NCBI GenBank assembly: GCA_963786935.1
Contig: CAWBAN010000003.1
Coordinates: forward strand, 411,665-475,664
Direction of reading: 5' to 3'
Source of the DNA: an uncultured bacterium
GTDB lineage: Bacteria; Krumholzibacteriota; Krumholzibacteriia; Krumholzibacteriales; Krumholzibacteriaceae
Length of the DNA: 64,000 nt
Under the pieces are notes generated by a model that was not told the origin of the DNA, searched no databases, and saw nothing but the letters and a program-made list of their open reading frames with translations. Every line of letters begins with the position of its first letter. The first letter of the stretch is position 1. The translations under genes were made by a program, and so were the position numbers. Shown here one piece after another: positions 20,596-30,670 of the stretch.

Positions 20596-21948
20596 TCAGT
20601 CGGCGCAGCCGGCGCCCATTTTCGAACGCAGGACGTCCGATTTCAGGAGAAACGCGCCGTCGGCGACCACGATCTGTCCCGGCTCGAGCCCGAGCAGGAT
20701 CTCCGTGAATCCGTTCCGCTCGATTCCCTTGGCGACGGGGCGGCGCACGAAGTACTCGCCGTCATGACGGATGAAAACGAAATCCCGGCCGTCGCTCGAG
20801 AGGACGGCGACGGAGGGGACGATGAGCGTCTCCTGCCGCCCGGGGAGGCGCAGGTGGACCGTGGCGAACATGCCGGGGCGGAGCCGCCCGTCCGGATTCG
20901 CAAGAACGATCCTGACCTTCACCGTCCGGCTCCTCCCGTCCAGGACGGAGCCGACGTAATCCACTCTGCCGGCGAACTCCTCGCCGGGATAGGCCTGCAC
21001 GGTCGCGACCGCCTGCACGTCGCCCCGCTTGTCGAGATCGAGCACCTTCGCCAGATCCCGTTCGTAGAGATCGGCCCAGAGCCAGAGCCGTGAGAGGTCG
21101 GCGACGAGCACCGCCGCGTCGCCGCCGTCCAGCTGCTCGCCCGCGACGCCGCGAAGCTCGAGCACCGTTCCCGCGAACGGCGCACGGAGCACCATCTCGC
21201 CGGAGGCGCCTTCCATGCCCGTGGAGATGAGCGTTTCTATGTCGCTCTCCCGCAGCCCCAGCCGCGCGAGCTTCTGCCGGGCGGCCTCCATGCGGATCCG
21301 CGCCGAGACCGCGGCGGACTCCGCCTCGAGCAGCTCGCGTTCGGCGGTGACGCCCGCCGCGCGCAGCTCCTTATGGCGCTCATATGCCTTAAAGGCGAGC
21401 CGCATCGCGGATTCGGCGTCGAGGAATTCGGCCTCGGCCGCGGCGAGATCGACGCTCTGCAGCGCGAGGAGCTCCTGCGCCGCGACGACGCGCTGTCCGA
21501 GATCGACGAGCACTTTCTTCACGATCCCGGGCGCGGCCGGCGAGAGCCGGGCCGCCTTGAGCTCGTTCAGGGTGACCTCTCCGGTGAGCGCCAGGATCGC
21601 GTCGCCCGCGCTCTTCGAGACCTCCACGGTCTTGATGAGACCGCTCTCGAGAAGGGTCTTCGGCACCTTCACCATGCCGACCTCGTATCGGCACTCGGCG
21701 CACTGATACGTGAGCGTGCCGTGCCCGCACACGGTTGCGAGGATCTCGTCGATCGGCATGTCCAGGTCGGATTTCTCCGAAGCCTCGGGGCGCGCCTCCG
21801 GGGCCGCCGGCCGCTCCTCGGCGCGATTGTCGATTTCGTTCCTCTCCTCCCTCGTGGAAGCGCTCTGGCAGCCGTGAAAGGAAACGCTCGCGATCAGTGA
21901 GAGCACGAGCGCTTCGAACAGAAGCTTTGGGCGGGATCGATTATTCAC
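20596..21948 (-). CDS. CzcB/CusB-type RND periplasmic adaptor
   Basis: LRAPFAGTV, ADLSRLWLWADLYERDL, SRTVKVRIVLANPDGRLRPGMFA, GAFLLKS; GTG start after GGAGG. Confidence 0.9.
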   Translation of the reverse strand: MNNRSRPKLLFEALVLSLIASVSFHGCQSASTREERNEIDNRAEERPAAPEARPEASEKSDLDMPIDEILATVCGHGTLTYQCAECRYEVGMVKVPKTLLESGLIKTVEVSKSAGDAILALTGEVTLNELKAARLSPAAPGIVKKVLVDLGQRVVAAQELLALQSVDLAAAEAEFLDAESAMRLAFKAYERHKELRAAGVTAERELLEAESAAVSARIRMEAARQKLARLGLRESDIETLISTGMEGASGEMVLRAPFAGTVLELRGVAGEQLDGGDAAVLVADLSRLWLWADLYERDLAKVLDLDKRGDVQAVATVQAYPGEEFAGRVDYVGSVLDGRSRTVKVRIVLANPDGRLRPGMFATVHLRLPGRQETLIVPSVAVLSSDGRDFVFIRHDGEYFVRRPVAKGIERNGFTEILLGLEPGQIVVADGAFLLKSDVLRSKMGAGCAD

Positions 21949-23191
21949 GATCAGGACCTCCTGTGAGTACCGACATGTCGAGCATCGCGCTGAGATAGTC
22001 ATATTGAACGGTCACGAAGCCGCTCTGGGCCCGGACAAGGGCGCGCCTCGCGTCCAGAACGTCGACGAGACCGCATTCCCCGATCCTGTACAGGGTCTCG
22101 AGGTCTCCGAGCGCGCGCCGCATATTCGGGATGATTTCCGACCGGTAGCGCGCGGCCGCGCCCAGGGACGCGCTCGCGCGCGCGTGCGCCTCCAGGAGGG
22201 AGGCACGGATGCGTTTCTCCGTCAGGTCGGCGTCGGCGGCGGTCCGGCTCGCTTCGGCCTTCGCCTTGGCGATTCCGCCCCGGTTCCAGTTCCAGAGCGG
22301 CACGGTCACCGTGATGAGTCCCCCGACGTTGCGGGTATCGAACTCCTCGCCGTAGAACGCCCCGATGCCCAGATCCGGCACGACCGCGTGCTTCTCGGCC
22401 GATATGGCGCGGGCCGCCTGCTCCTGGCGCGCACGCGCGGCCAGGGCCGCCGGATTCTCCGTCGCGGCGCGGGCCATGGTCTCGTCGAGCGGTGGCGGGG
22501 GGGTGACGGACGTGCTGTCGATTTCGACCAGGAATTCCCGGGGGAGTTGCGACGCCAGCCACATATTGAGCTCCCCGCGACGCGCAGCGGCTTCGCGGTC
22601 CGCCCGTTCGATCTCGACACGGAACTCCTCCAGCTCTCCCCGCAATCGCGCGAGCTCGAGAGGCCGCGCCTCGCCATGGTCGACGCGCACGCGCGCCGCC
22701 TCGGCGAGCGCGGCGAGATGCCGCTCGGATTCCCGAAACATCCGCAGGTTCTCCTGGTCGCGCGCGATCATGAGGTACAAGCCGCGCAGCTCGCGGTACA
22801 CTTCCAACCGGGTCGCCGAGGCGTCGAAGCGGGCGGCATCGACGCCCGATTTCGCGGCTTTGACGCGGTTTCGGTATGTGCCCGGCCACTGCAGGGGGAT
22901 GGTCAGCTCCAGATCCCAGATCGATCTGCGCCCCGTACCCTCGAGCTCCGTGCTCTCTCCTGCGCTCATCACGAGCTCCGGGTTCGGAAACTGCTTGACG
23001 GTTCTGAGCTCCCCTTCCGCGACGCCGACCTGGCCGAGCGCCGCGCTCCAGGCGGGATGAGTATCCAGAAGCCTTTCGACATCCCGCCACGCCAGAACGG
23101 GGATCCTCTCAGCGAAGAGGAACGAGGGAACAGAAAGGGTCATCATCGAGATAAACGTCGTCAAAACGAATATGCGCCGTATAAGGCACAT
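21941..23191 (-). CDS. TolC/CzcC-family outer-membrane efflux protein
   Basis: FPNPEL, VPLWNWNRGGIAKAKA, YRIGECGLVDVLDARR; AAAGGAG RBS before ATG 23191. Confidence 0.9.
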   Translation of the reverse strand: MCLIRRIFVLTTFISMMTLSVPSFLFAERIPVLAWRDVERLLDTHPAWSAALGQVGVAEGELRTVKQFPNPELVMSAGESTELEGTGRRSIWDLELTIPLQWPGTYRNRVKAAKSGVDAARFDASATRLEVYRELRGLYLMIARDQENLRMFRESERHLAALAEAARVRVDHGEARPLELARLRGELEEFRVEIERADREAAARRGELNMWLASQLPREFLVEIDSTSVTPPPPLDETMARAATENPAALAARARQEQAARAISAEKHAVVPDLGIGAFYGEEFDTRNVGGLITVTVPLWNWNRGGIAKAKAEASRTAADADLTEKRIRASLLEAHARASASLGAAARYRSEIIPNMRRALGDLETLYRIGECGLVDVLDARRALVRAQSGFVTVQYDYLSAMLDMSVLTGGPDRE

Positions 23192-23277
23192 GGTGGTGTC
23201 GCTCCTTTCAAGCATCAAAAGGGATCCGCCGGCCATGGCATGGCCGGGATTCACTGCACCGGATTTCCGAGGTTGTG

Positions 23278-23583
23278 TTAGGAGAGCCGCGGCGGGCGAT
23301 CGAGTTCGAACGTCGGCGAAGACGTTTCCGAGGGGGTATTATCTTCAGGCATGCTCATGCATTCCGGCGACGGGAGCGGGGATCGCGCGGCGAGCGTCGC
23401 CGCTACGTGGCAGAGGCATTGACAGGAATTGCAGTGCGCCGGATTCGGAGCGGATTCGGAGTCGCAGCAATCGGAAGCCGATTCCTCCGCCGATTGCAGT
23501 ACAAGGCAGCATGCTCCGCCGAGCATGCCGGCCAGTACGAGGACGGAAACCAGAAGAATACAAGGTATGATCTTCTTGAACAA
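23278..23583 (-). CDS. Small Cys-rich protein ending DRPPRLS (CzcI/DUF2946-like leader)
   Basis: TTG start after GGAG; hydrophobic N-terminus, CC..CC..HCNSCQCLCH, C-terminal RPP; first gene of the czc locus. Confidence 0.7.
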   Translation of the reverse strand: MFKKIIPCILLVSVLVLAGMLGGACCLVLQSAEESASDCCDSESAPNPAHCNSCQCLCHVAATLAARSPLPSPECMSMPEDNTPSETSSPTFELDRPPRLS

Positions 23584-23742
23584 AGCGCTTGCTCCGTTGT
23601 CGTTTGCCGTTTGTCCGAGCGCCGAATTGTGGTGTAAATATAGCGGGGCTAACATGTTCTGTCAAGGCCCCCGCGTATGGGCGCGGCTTGACGCCGAATT
23701 GAATCTCCCACGGATACGGGGATTTTTGGTAGAATGCGAAAT

Positions 23743-24198
23743 ATGAATAACACGAACCATAGGGCGCATGGAGTGCTGTTTCTGATTCTCGCCGTCGGCG
23801 CGTGGATCCTCGGCATGGCGGCGGTGATGGGGCGCTCGGCACGGTGGGGCATCGCCGGTTTCGCGCTCATCGTCGCGGCCTTCGCCGTCGTGGTCTATTT
23901 CTACTGCGCCAAGTGCACGGTCCGGAAGGTCTGCAGTCACGTGCTGCCGGGATATTTGACCCGCATCTTTCCGAGAAGAGAGATCGGTCCCTACTCGCGG
24001 ACGGACGTCTTCGCGATGGCCGCGGCGTTCATCGTCACGACCCTCTTTCCGCTGTACTGGCTCGCGGGGAACATTCCGCTGCTGCTCGTTTACTGCGTAA
24101 TCCTGACCGTCGCGGTCGTCGATCTGCGCGCGAAGGTTTGCGGGGATTGCAAGAACGTCTTCTGCGTGCTCAAGAAACATCCCCCGAAAAACCGGTAG
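23743..24198 (+). CDS. Hypothetical 4-TM membrane protein with two Cys clusters
   Basis: YCAKC..KVCSH and KVCGDCKNVFC; extended -10 TGGTAGAAT ends 7 nt before the ATG. Confidence 0.7.
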   Translation: MNNTNHRAHGVLFLILAVGAWILGMAAVMGRSARWGIAGFALIVAAFAVVVYFYCAKCTVRKVCSHVLPGYLTRIFPRREIGPYSRTDVFAMAAAFIVTTLFPLYWLAGNIPLLLVYCVILTVAVVDLRAKVCGDCKNVFCVLKKHPPKNR

Positions 24199-24231
24199 CT
24201 CCGATTCCGCATTGGAACGGGGGCCGTCGCG

Positions 24232-25065
24232 ATGAAGCAAGACGAAGGAGTTTTTCAAGGGGCAGGCGGCATCGAGCTCTACTTTCGTTGCCGGCGGCCC
24301 GACGGGGAGACGCGCGGTGTTCTCGCGATCGTTCACGGCCACGGCGAGCACAGCGGGCGCTATGCGAACGTCGTTGACGCCCTCGTGCCGCGCGGCTATG
24401 CCGTCTACGGCTTCGACCACCGCGGGCACGGGCGCTCCCCGGGCCGGCGCGGGCATATCGATTCTTGGGCCCAGTATCGCGGCGACGTGGAGGCCTTCCT
24501 GCGGCTTATTGAAAGTCGTGAGCCGCATCGCCCGGTCTTTCTCATGGGGCACAGCATGGGGGCCCTCGTCGCGCTCGATTACCTGATTCACGATTCGAAA
24601 GGAATACGGGGAGCAATCATCAGCGGCGCGCCGATCGAGCCGGCCGGCATCGCAAAGCCCGCGCTCGTGCTCATGTCTCGTCTGCTGTCGCGCGTGTGCC
24701 CGCGATTCCCGCTGCGGCTTGCCTTGGACACGTCGGCGCTTTCCCGCGACGAGGCGGTCGTGCGGGCGTACGTCGACGATCCCCTCGTCCACGGGAGATT
24801 CACCGCCCGGTGGGGCACCGAATCTCTTGCCGCGGTGGCCCGGATCAAGGCCCGAGCGGCCGAGGTGGACGTTCCCGTTCTTTTTGTTCATGGCGAAGCG
24901 GACCGGTTGAATCTCCTGATCGGGATCCGCGACTTCTTCCCGAAGGTCGCCTCCACGGACAAAACACTGCGGATCTATCCCGAAATGTTTCATGAACCTC
25001 ACAACGATTTCGGTTATGATCGGTACCTGAGCGATCTGGAGCGCTGGCTCACGGAGCATCTATGA
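24232..25065 (+). CDS. Alpha/beta hydrolase, lysophospholipase/monoacylglycerol lipase family
   Basis: HGHGEHSGRY, DHRGHGRS, GHSMG nucleophile elbow, HGEAD, FHEPHN. Confidence 0.93.
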   Translation: MKQDEGVFQGAGGIELYFRCRRPDGETRGVLAIVHGHGEHSGRYANVVDALVPRGYAVYGFDHRGHGRSPGRRGHIDSWAQYRGDVEAFLRLIESREPHRPVFLMGHSMGALVALDYLIHDSKGIRGAIISGAPIEPAGIAKPALVLMSRLLSRVCPRFPLRLALDTSALSRDEAVVRAYVDDPLVHGRFTARWGTESLAAVARIKARAAEVDVPVLFVHGEADRLNLLIGIRDFFPKVASTDKTLRIYPEMFHEPHNDFGYDRYLSDLERWLTEHL

Positions 25066-26888
25066 ACAAGCCGACACCCGATTCGATCGCCGCTGCCTTC
25101 CGGGACGCGGCCGCGCGCTATTCCGGCAAGCCGGCCCTGCGGTTCAAGGGGGAGGACGGGGAGTACCGGAGCGTCAGCTACAAGGATCTGGCGGCCGCCG
25201 TCGACCGCCTGATCGCGTCCCTGCGCCGTCTCGGCGTTGCGAAGGGGGACCGCGTCGCGATCTTCGCCTACCACGGTCCCGAGTGGGTCATGGCCGATCT
25301 CGCCTGCCTCGAGCTCGGCGCCGTGATCGTGCCCCTCTATCACACGCTCTCGCCGCCCGCCGCGAAATACATCCTCAACGATTCGGGGTGCAAGCTCGTC
25401 TTCGTCGAGAACAAGCAGCTCTTCGATGTGATCGAATCGATACGGGGAGAGGTGCCGTCGCTCGAGCACGTCGTCGTGTTCGACGACACGGGCATTGAGA
25501 AGGGGCCGCATATTAAATTCGCCGATCTGACGGCGGAGGGTGCGGAAGGCGGGAGCGGCAAGGCGCGGGGCGAACGCGCCGCCGGAGCGGCCCTGCCGCC
25601 CGTATCCTCGGGCGACCCAGCGACGATCGTCTACACGTCGGGCACGACGGGCGCTCCGAAGGGGGTCGTGCTGTCTCATGAGAACATTCTCTTCGACGCG
25701 TTCGCCGCGATGCGGCATTTCGAGGTCGGCCCGGAGGATACGTTTCTCTCGTTCCTGCCGCTCTGCCATATGTTCGAGCGGACATGCGGGTACTATTCGA
25801 TGCTCTTCGCCGGCGCGACGATCGGCTACGCGGAGGGAGTCTCGACCATCGTGAGCGATGTGCAGAAGATCCGGCCGACGATCATCATCGTCGTGCCGCG
25901 CATCGTCGAGAAGATCTACGAAGCGGTCGAGAGCAAGGTAACGGAGGCGCCGCTTCTGCGGCGTAAGCTCGTGTACGGAGCGGTGAAATGCCTCAACGAG
26001 CGCGTGAATCGCCTCTACCGCGGCGAGCCGGTGCCGCTCCTTCTCCGCATGCGTTCCGCGCTCTGCGAGCGCATCGTCGCGTCGAAATTCAGGCAGATCG
26101 CCGGCGGTAGGCTCCGTCTCCTCGTATCCGGCGGGGCGCCCCTCGACCGGAAGCTCGCCAAGACGCTCCGCGTCCTCGGCTTCAACATCGTCGAAGGATA
26201 CGGCCTGACGGAGACCGCGCCGATCGTGTGCGTCGGCGCGCTCGAGGGCCATCGCCTCGGCACGGTCGGAAAGCCCCTCGACGGGATCGAGCTGAAGATC
26301 GGCGAATGGGACGAGATCCTCGTCAAGGGACCGAATCTCATGTGCGGTTATTTCAACCTGCCCGAGGAGACGGCGAAGGCGATCGACGGGGAGGGGTGGT
26401 TCCACACGGGGGATCAGGGGCGTCTCGACGAGCGGGGAAACCTCGTCATCACGGGGAGGCTCAAGGAGCTCATCGTCACGTCGTACGGGAAGAAGGTGGC
26501 GCCCGTCCCGATAGAGGCGGATATTCTGAAAAGCCCGTACATCGATCAGGTGGTCCTCTTCGGCGACAACAGGAAGTTCATCACCGCCCTCGTCGTCCCG
26601 CAGCGCGAGGCGATCGAGCGATTCGCGCGGGAGAAGGGGATCGCGATCGCCGATTACCCGGCGCTTCTCGCCCGGAAAGAGATAACCGATCTCGTCGCGG
26701 CCGAGATCGAGCGGGCGACGGTCGATCTCACGCCGTTCGAGAAGGTCAGGGCGTTCAAGCTGCTCCCCGACGGCTTCACCGTCGCGAACGAGCTCCTCAC
26801 CCCGACGCTCAAGCTCAGAAGAAAAAAGATCGTGGAGCGATACCAGGACGCAATCGACGCGCTGTACGCCGCGTGCAAGGAAAGGTGA
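25062..26888 (+). CDS. Long-chain fatty acid--CoA ligase (AMP-dependent synthetase)
   Basis: YTSGTTGAPKGV, FLPLCHMFER, EGYGLTET, WFHTGD, LTPTLKLRR. Confidence 0.95.
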   Translation: MNKPTPDSIAAAFRDAAARYSGKPALRFKGEDGEYRSVSYKDLAAAVDRLIASLRRLGVAKGDRVAIFAYHGPEWVMADLACLELGAVIVPLYHTLSPPAAKYILNDSGCKLVFVENKQLFDVIESIRGEVPSLEHVVVFDDTGIEKGPHIKFADLTAEGAEGGSGKARGERAAGAALPPVSSGDPATIVYTSGTTGAPKGVVLSHENILFDAFAAMRHFEVGPEDTFLSFLPLCHMFERTCGYYSMLFAGATIGYAEGVSTIVSDVQKIRPTIIIVVPRIVEKIYEAVESKVTEAPLLRRKLVYGAVKCLNERVNRLYRGEPVPLLLRMRSALCERIVASKFRQIAGGRLRLLVSGGAPLDRKLAKTLRVLGFNIVEGYGLTETAPIVCVGALEGHRLGTVGKPLDGIELKIGEWDEILVKGPNLMCGYFNLPEETAKAIDGEGWFHTGDQGRLDERGNLVITGRLKELIVTSYGKKVAPVPIEADILKSPYIDQVVLFGDNRKFITALVVPQREAIERFAREKGIAIADYPALLARKEITDLVAAEIERATVDLTPFEKVRAFKLLPDGFTVANELLTPTLKLRRKKIVERYQDAIDALYAACKER

Positions 26889-26891
26889 ACG

Positions 26892-27980
26892 ATGAGCGAT
26901 ACCGTTTTTCTCACCGGGGCGACAGGTTATATCGGATCGAGTCTCCTGCAGGCGTGGCTCGAGAAGACGGATGCGACGATCGTCGTCCTCGCGCGGAAGA
27001 AACGGGACAAGAAGGCCGCGGCGCGGGTCGAGAGCGCGCTCGCTGCGCTCTCCGCCGGGCCGGGCGGGAGCGGCTTTCCGGAGCGGATCGAGGTGGCGGA
27101 GGGGGACGTCTCGTTCGAGAGGTTCGGATTGAAGGAGAAGCCCTACCGGGAGCTCGCCTCGAGGGTCACGCATATCATTCACTGCGCGGCCGCGGCGCGC
27201 TTCGACCTCGATCTCGACGACGCGCGGAAGACGAACGTCGGCGGCACGCGGAACATTCTCGATTTCGGGAGGGCGTGCGGCGGCTTGCGGAGAATCGATT
27301 ACATCGGCACGGCCTACGTGGCGGGCCAGCGCCGCGGCGTCATCCTCGAGGACGAGCTCGATGAAGGCCAGAGGCACTGCAACACGTACGAGCACAGCAA
27401 GATGGAGGCGGAGAAGCTCGTGCGGGAGAGCATGCGGGATCTCCCGATCGCGATCCTGCGCCCGAGCATCGTCATCTGCGATTCCCGCACGGGGCGCGCG
27501 TCGAATTTCAACGGGTTCTACCGGGCGATGCGGATGTACTCGCTCGGGCTCATGCCGGCGGTCCCGGGAAATCCCGCGAGCACCATGGATCTCGTCCCGG
27601 TCGACTACGTGACCGAGGCGGTCTATTCCATCTCGAACAACCCGGCGAGCCTCGGCAGGTGCTACCACCTGACCGCGGGATTGGGGAACGCCCCGACGCT
27701 GGCGGAGATCGCCGCGCTCGCGAGCGAGCACTTCGGCAGGGAGAAGTTCGCGATCGTCCCGCCCGAGGTGTTCGTCGCGAATATTCCGAGAATGAAGGGG
27801 CCGTTGACCGAGGAGGTCATGGACCGGATCGACGAGCTCATGCTCTACATGCCGTACCTCAACGGGCGGCTATCGTTCGACAACTCGAATACGGTGCAGG
27901 CAACCGGTCTCGAAGCCCCTCCGGCCGCGACGTACTTCGGAAAAATGGCCGAGTACATTCGATTGCATGCAACCTTGTAG
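26892..27980 (+). CDS. Extended SDR thioester/fatty acyl-CoA reductase (NAD_binding_4 type)
   Basis: FLTGATGYIG, IIHCAA, NVGGT, NTYEHSK, RPSIV, DLVPVDYV. Confidence 0.9.
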   Translation: MSDTVFLTGATGYIGSSLLQAWLEKTDATIVVLARKKRDKKAAARVESALAALSAGPGGSGFPERIEVAEGDVSFERFGLKEKPYRELASRVTHIIHCAAAARFDLDLDDARKTNVGGTRNILDFGRACGGLRRIDYIGTAYVAGQRRGVILEDELDEGQRHCNTYEHSKMEAEKLVRESMRDLPIAILRPSIVICDSRTGRASNFNGFYRAMRMYSLGLMPAVPGNPASTMDLVPVDYVTEAVYSISNNPASLGRCYHLTAGLGNAPTLAEIAALASEHFGREKFAIVPPEVFVANIPRMKGPLTEEVMDRIDELMLYMPYLNGRLSFDNSNTVQATGLEAPPAATYFGKMAEYIRLHATL

Positions 27981-28054
27981 CGCCCTCTTGCGTTAATCAC
28001 TCAAATACCCACCACGGCGAATCATGCGAAGCAGATGAGCGGGGTGGTGTGCCT

Positions 28055-30670
28055 ATGAAACTCGGAAACCTATTAATCGGCATCATAATCGGTTTGGTTA
28101 CGGCAGTCGCGGCGGCGGCCGACGGGCTGTGCGCGGGGAGCGGGCAGGATACGACGAAAGCGCCGCTGGAGCGCAAAGCGACGACGGCGGTCCACGCGAC
28201 GAACGGCGGGATCAAGGTCGATGGCGTCCTCGACGAGAGTGACTGGGATCGGGCGCCGGTCACGGACGGCTTCATCCAGCAGGAACCGTACGACGGCCGC
28301 CCCGCTACCGAGCGCACGACGGTGCGGGTCGTGTACGATGGCGAACGGATCTACGTCGGCCTCAAGGCCTACGACACGGAGCCGGGCAAGATCGCCGCGA
28401 ATCTCGCGCGAAGGGACGAGGACATCCCCTCCGACTGGCTCTACGTCTGCTTCGACAGCTACGACGACAAGCGTTCGGGCTTCGTCTTCGGCGTGAACGC
28501 CGCCGGCACCAAGCAGGATATCTTCTTCTACAACGACACCGAGCAGGACGGCAACTGGAACGCCGTCTGGGACGTCGGCACGCGCCTCGACGCCGACGGC
28601 TGGACGGCGGAGTTCGCAATTCCCTTCAGCCAGCTGCGCTTCGCGAACAACCGCGAGACGCACGCGTGGGGCTTTCAGGCGATCCGCGTCATCAGCCGGA
28701 GGACCGAGACATCCTTCCTCAATCCCGTCCCCGCGAAAGCGGACCAGTTCGTCTCGCTCTTCGGGAGGATCGAGGGGATCGAGCGCATTCCGTCGCCGTC
28801 GCGCCTCGAGCTCCTCCCGTACGCCGTGACGAGCGCCGAGAACTACGCCGAGGCCGGGGACGATCCGTTCAAGCAGAGCACGCAGTACGGCGGAAGCATC
28901 GGCGGCGATCTCAAGTACCGCCTCACGACCGATATCACCGTCGACGCGACGATTAACCCCGATTTCGGGCAGGTCGAGCAGGATCCGTCGCAGGTCAACC
29001 TGACCGCCTACGAATCGTACTTCGCCGAGAAGCGCCCGTTCTTCATGGAGGGGGCCGGCATTTTCCAGTACCGCCTCATGTTCGGGGACGACAACAGCGA
29101 GCGCCTCTTCTACTCGCGCCGCATCGGCCGCGCGCCGCAGCTCTCCCCGCTCGAGTCCGAGCGGTTCGTCGACACCGAGGGCTACTACGAGGACACGCCG
29201 CAATACACGACGATCCTCGGCGCCGCGAAGGTCACGGGGAAGACCTCGGACGGTGTCTCGATCGGGCTTCTCGAGGCGCTGACCGACAAGGAGGAGTCGG
29301 TCGTCGAGATCCCCGGGGGAGACCGCCTCGGCGTCGCCGTCGAGCCCATGACGAACTACCTCGTCGCCCGCGCGCAGAAGGACTACAACGGCGGCCGAAC
29401 GACCCTCGGCGGCATCTTCACGAACGTCGCGCGCGATCTCGCGGGAGGGGACTTCGACGGCCTCATGAAGACCGCATTCACGGGGGGGCTCGATTTCTCC
29501 CACCGCTGGCACGACAACGAGTACTACGTGAGCGGGCGGGTCCTCGGGAGCTATCTCCACGGGAGCGAGGAGGCCCTCACGAAGGTCCAGACCTCCTCGG
29601 CGCGCTACTACCAGCGGCCGGACGCCGACTACGTCGAGTACGACCCGACGCGAACCTCGCTCGCCGGCTACGGGAGCGTCCTCGAGGCGGGCCGCACCGG
29701 CGGGGAGCACTGGAACTACCTGCTCGGGCTCAGGCTGCGCTCCCCGGGCTTCGAGGTGAACGATATCGGCTACATGGCGGAGGCGGACAACGTCCTGAGC
29801 GTCGCGTGGGTGGGTTACCGGTACCGGGAACCGAGGTGGATCGTGAAGCGCACGAGCGTCAACCTGAACCTGTACGACGAGCGGAACTACGGCAACGATC
29901 AGACGGGCTCCGGCGGCAACATCAACGGGTCCGTCCTCTTCACGAACAACTGGGGCGTCTATGCCGGCGTCGAGCACATGATGGAGCGTCTCGTCTCGAG
30001 CGTCACGCGCGGCGGGCCGCTCGTGGTCTCGCCCGCGAAATTCAACTCGTGGTTCGGCGCGAACACGGACGACCGCAAGCGCCTCATGGTCGGGTTCGAC
30101 GGGGGTTATAACCGGAACGAAGAGGGATTCGCGGGATACTACGGCGGGCCGTATGTCACCCTGAGGCCGGTCAGCCGGCTCGAGCTGCAGCTCTCCTCCC
30201 AGTACGAGTACAGCGTCAACGATCTTCAGTATGTCGAAGCGATCGACGATCACTACGTCCTCGCCCACATCGACATGGACGTCGTGAGCGTCACGGGCCG
30301 GGTCAACTACTGCATCACCCCCGAGATGAGCCTGCAGGTCTACGCGATGCCTTTTGTCGCGGCGGGGCGCTACAGCGACTACCGGGAGGTCGTTTCTCCC
30401 CGGGCCGACGAGTATGCGGACCGCTTCGCCCCGTACGACTATCTCGCGGCGAACGAGAGCCCCGATTTCAACTTCAAGGAGATCCGCTCGAACGTCGTGT
30501 TCAGGTGGGAATGGAGCCCCGGATCGACGCTCTACCTTGTCTGGTCGCGCAACGCCGCCGATTACGAGGAGAACGGCGCCTTCGACGCGGGGCACGATTT
30601 CGATCAGCTCTTCTCGACATCCGGCGACAACGCCTTCATGATCAAGATCACCAAGTGGTTCAACATGTGA
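28055..30670 (+). CDS. DUF5916 protein with N-terminal CBM9-like domain (outer membrane)
   Basis: IKVDGVLDESDW, GWTAEFAIPFSQLRF, TINPDFGQVEQD, EKRPFFMEG, FYSRRIGR, FRWEWSPGSTLYLVW; signal peptide from ATG 28055. Confidence 0.88.
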   Translation: MKLGNLLIGIIIGLVTAVAAAADGLCAGSGQDTTKAPLERKATTAVHATNGGIKVDGVLDESDWDRAPVTDGFIQQEPYDGRPATERTTVRVVYDGERIYVGLKAYDTEPGKIAANLARRDEDIPSDWLYVCFDSYDDKRSGFVFGVNAAGTKQDIFFYNDTEQDGNWNAVWDVGTRLDADGWTAEFAIPFSQLRFANNRETHAWGFQAIRVISRRTETSFLNPVPAKADQFVSLFGRIEGIERIPSPSRLELLPYAVTSAENYAEAGDDPFKQSTQYGGSIGGDLKYRLTTDITVDATINPDFGQVEQDPSQVNLTAYESYFAEKRPFFMEGAGIFQYRLMFGDDNSERLFYSRRIGRAPQLSPLESERFVDTEGYYEDTPQYTTILGAAKVTGKTSDGVSIGLLEALTDKEESVVEIPGGDRLGVAVEPMTNYLVARAQKDYNGGRTTLGGIFTNVARDLAGGDFDGLMKTAFTGGLDFSHRWHDNEYYVSGRVLGSYLHGSEEALTKVQTSSARYYQRPDADYVEYDPTRTSLAGYGSVLEAGRTGGEHWNYLLGLRLRSPGFEVNDIGYMAEADNVLSVAWVGYRYREPRWIVKRTSVNLNLYDERNYGNDQTGSGGNINGSVLFTNNWGVYAGVEHMMERLVSSVTRGGPLVVSPAKFNSWFGANTDDRKRLMVGFDGGYNRNEEGFAGYYGGPYVTLRPVSRLELQLSSQYEYSVNDLQYVEAIDDHYVLAHIDMDVVSVTGRVNYCITPEMSLQVYAMPFVAAGRYSDYREVVSPRADEYADRFAPYDYLAANESPDFNFKEIRSNVVFRWEWSPGSTLYLVWSRNAADYEENGAFDAGHDFDQLFSTSGDNAFMIKITKWFNM

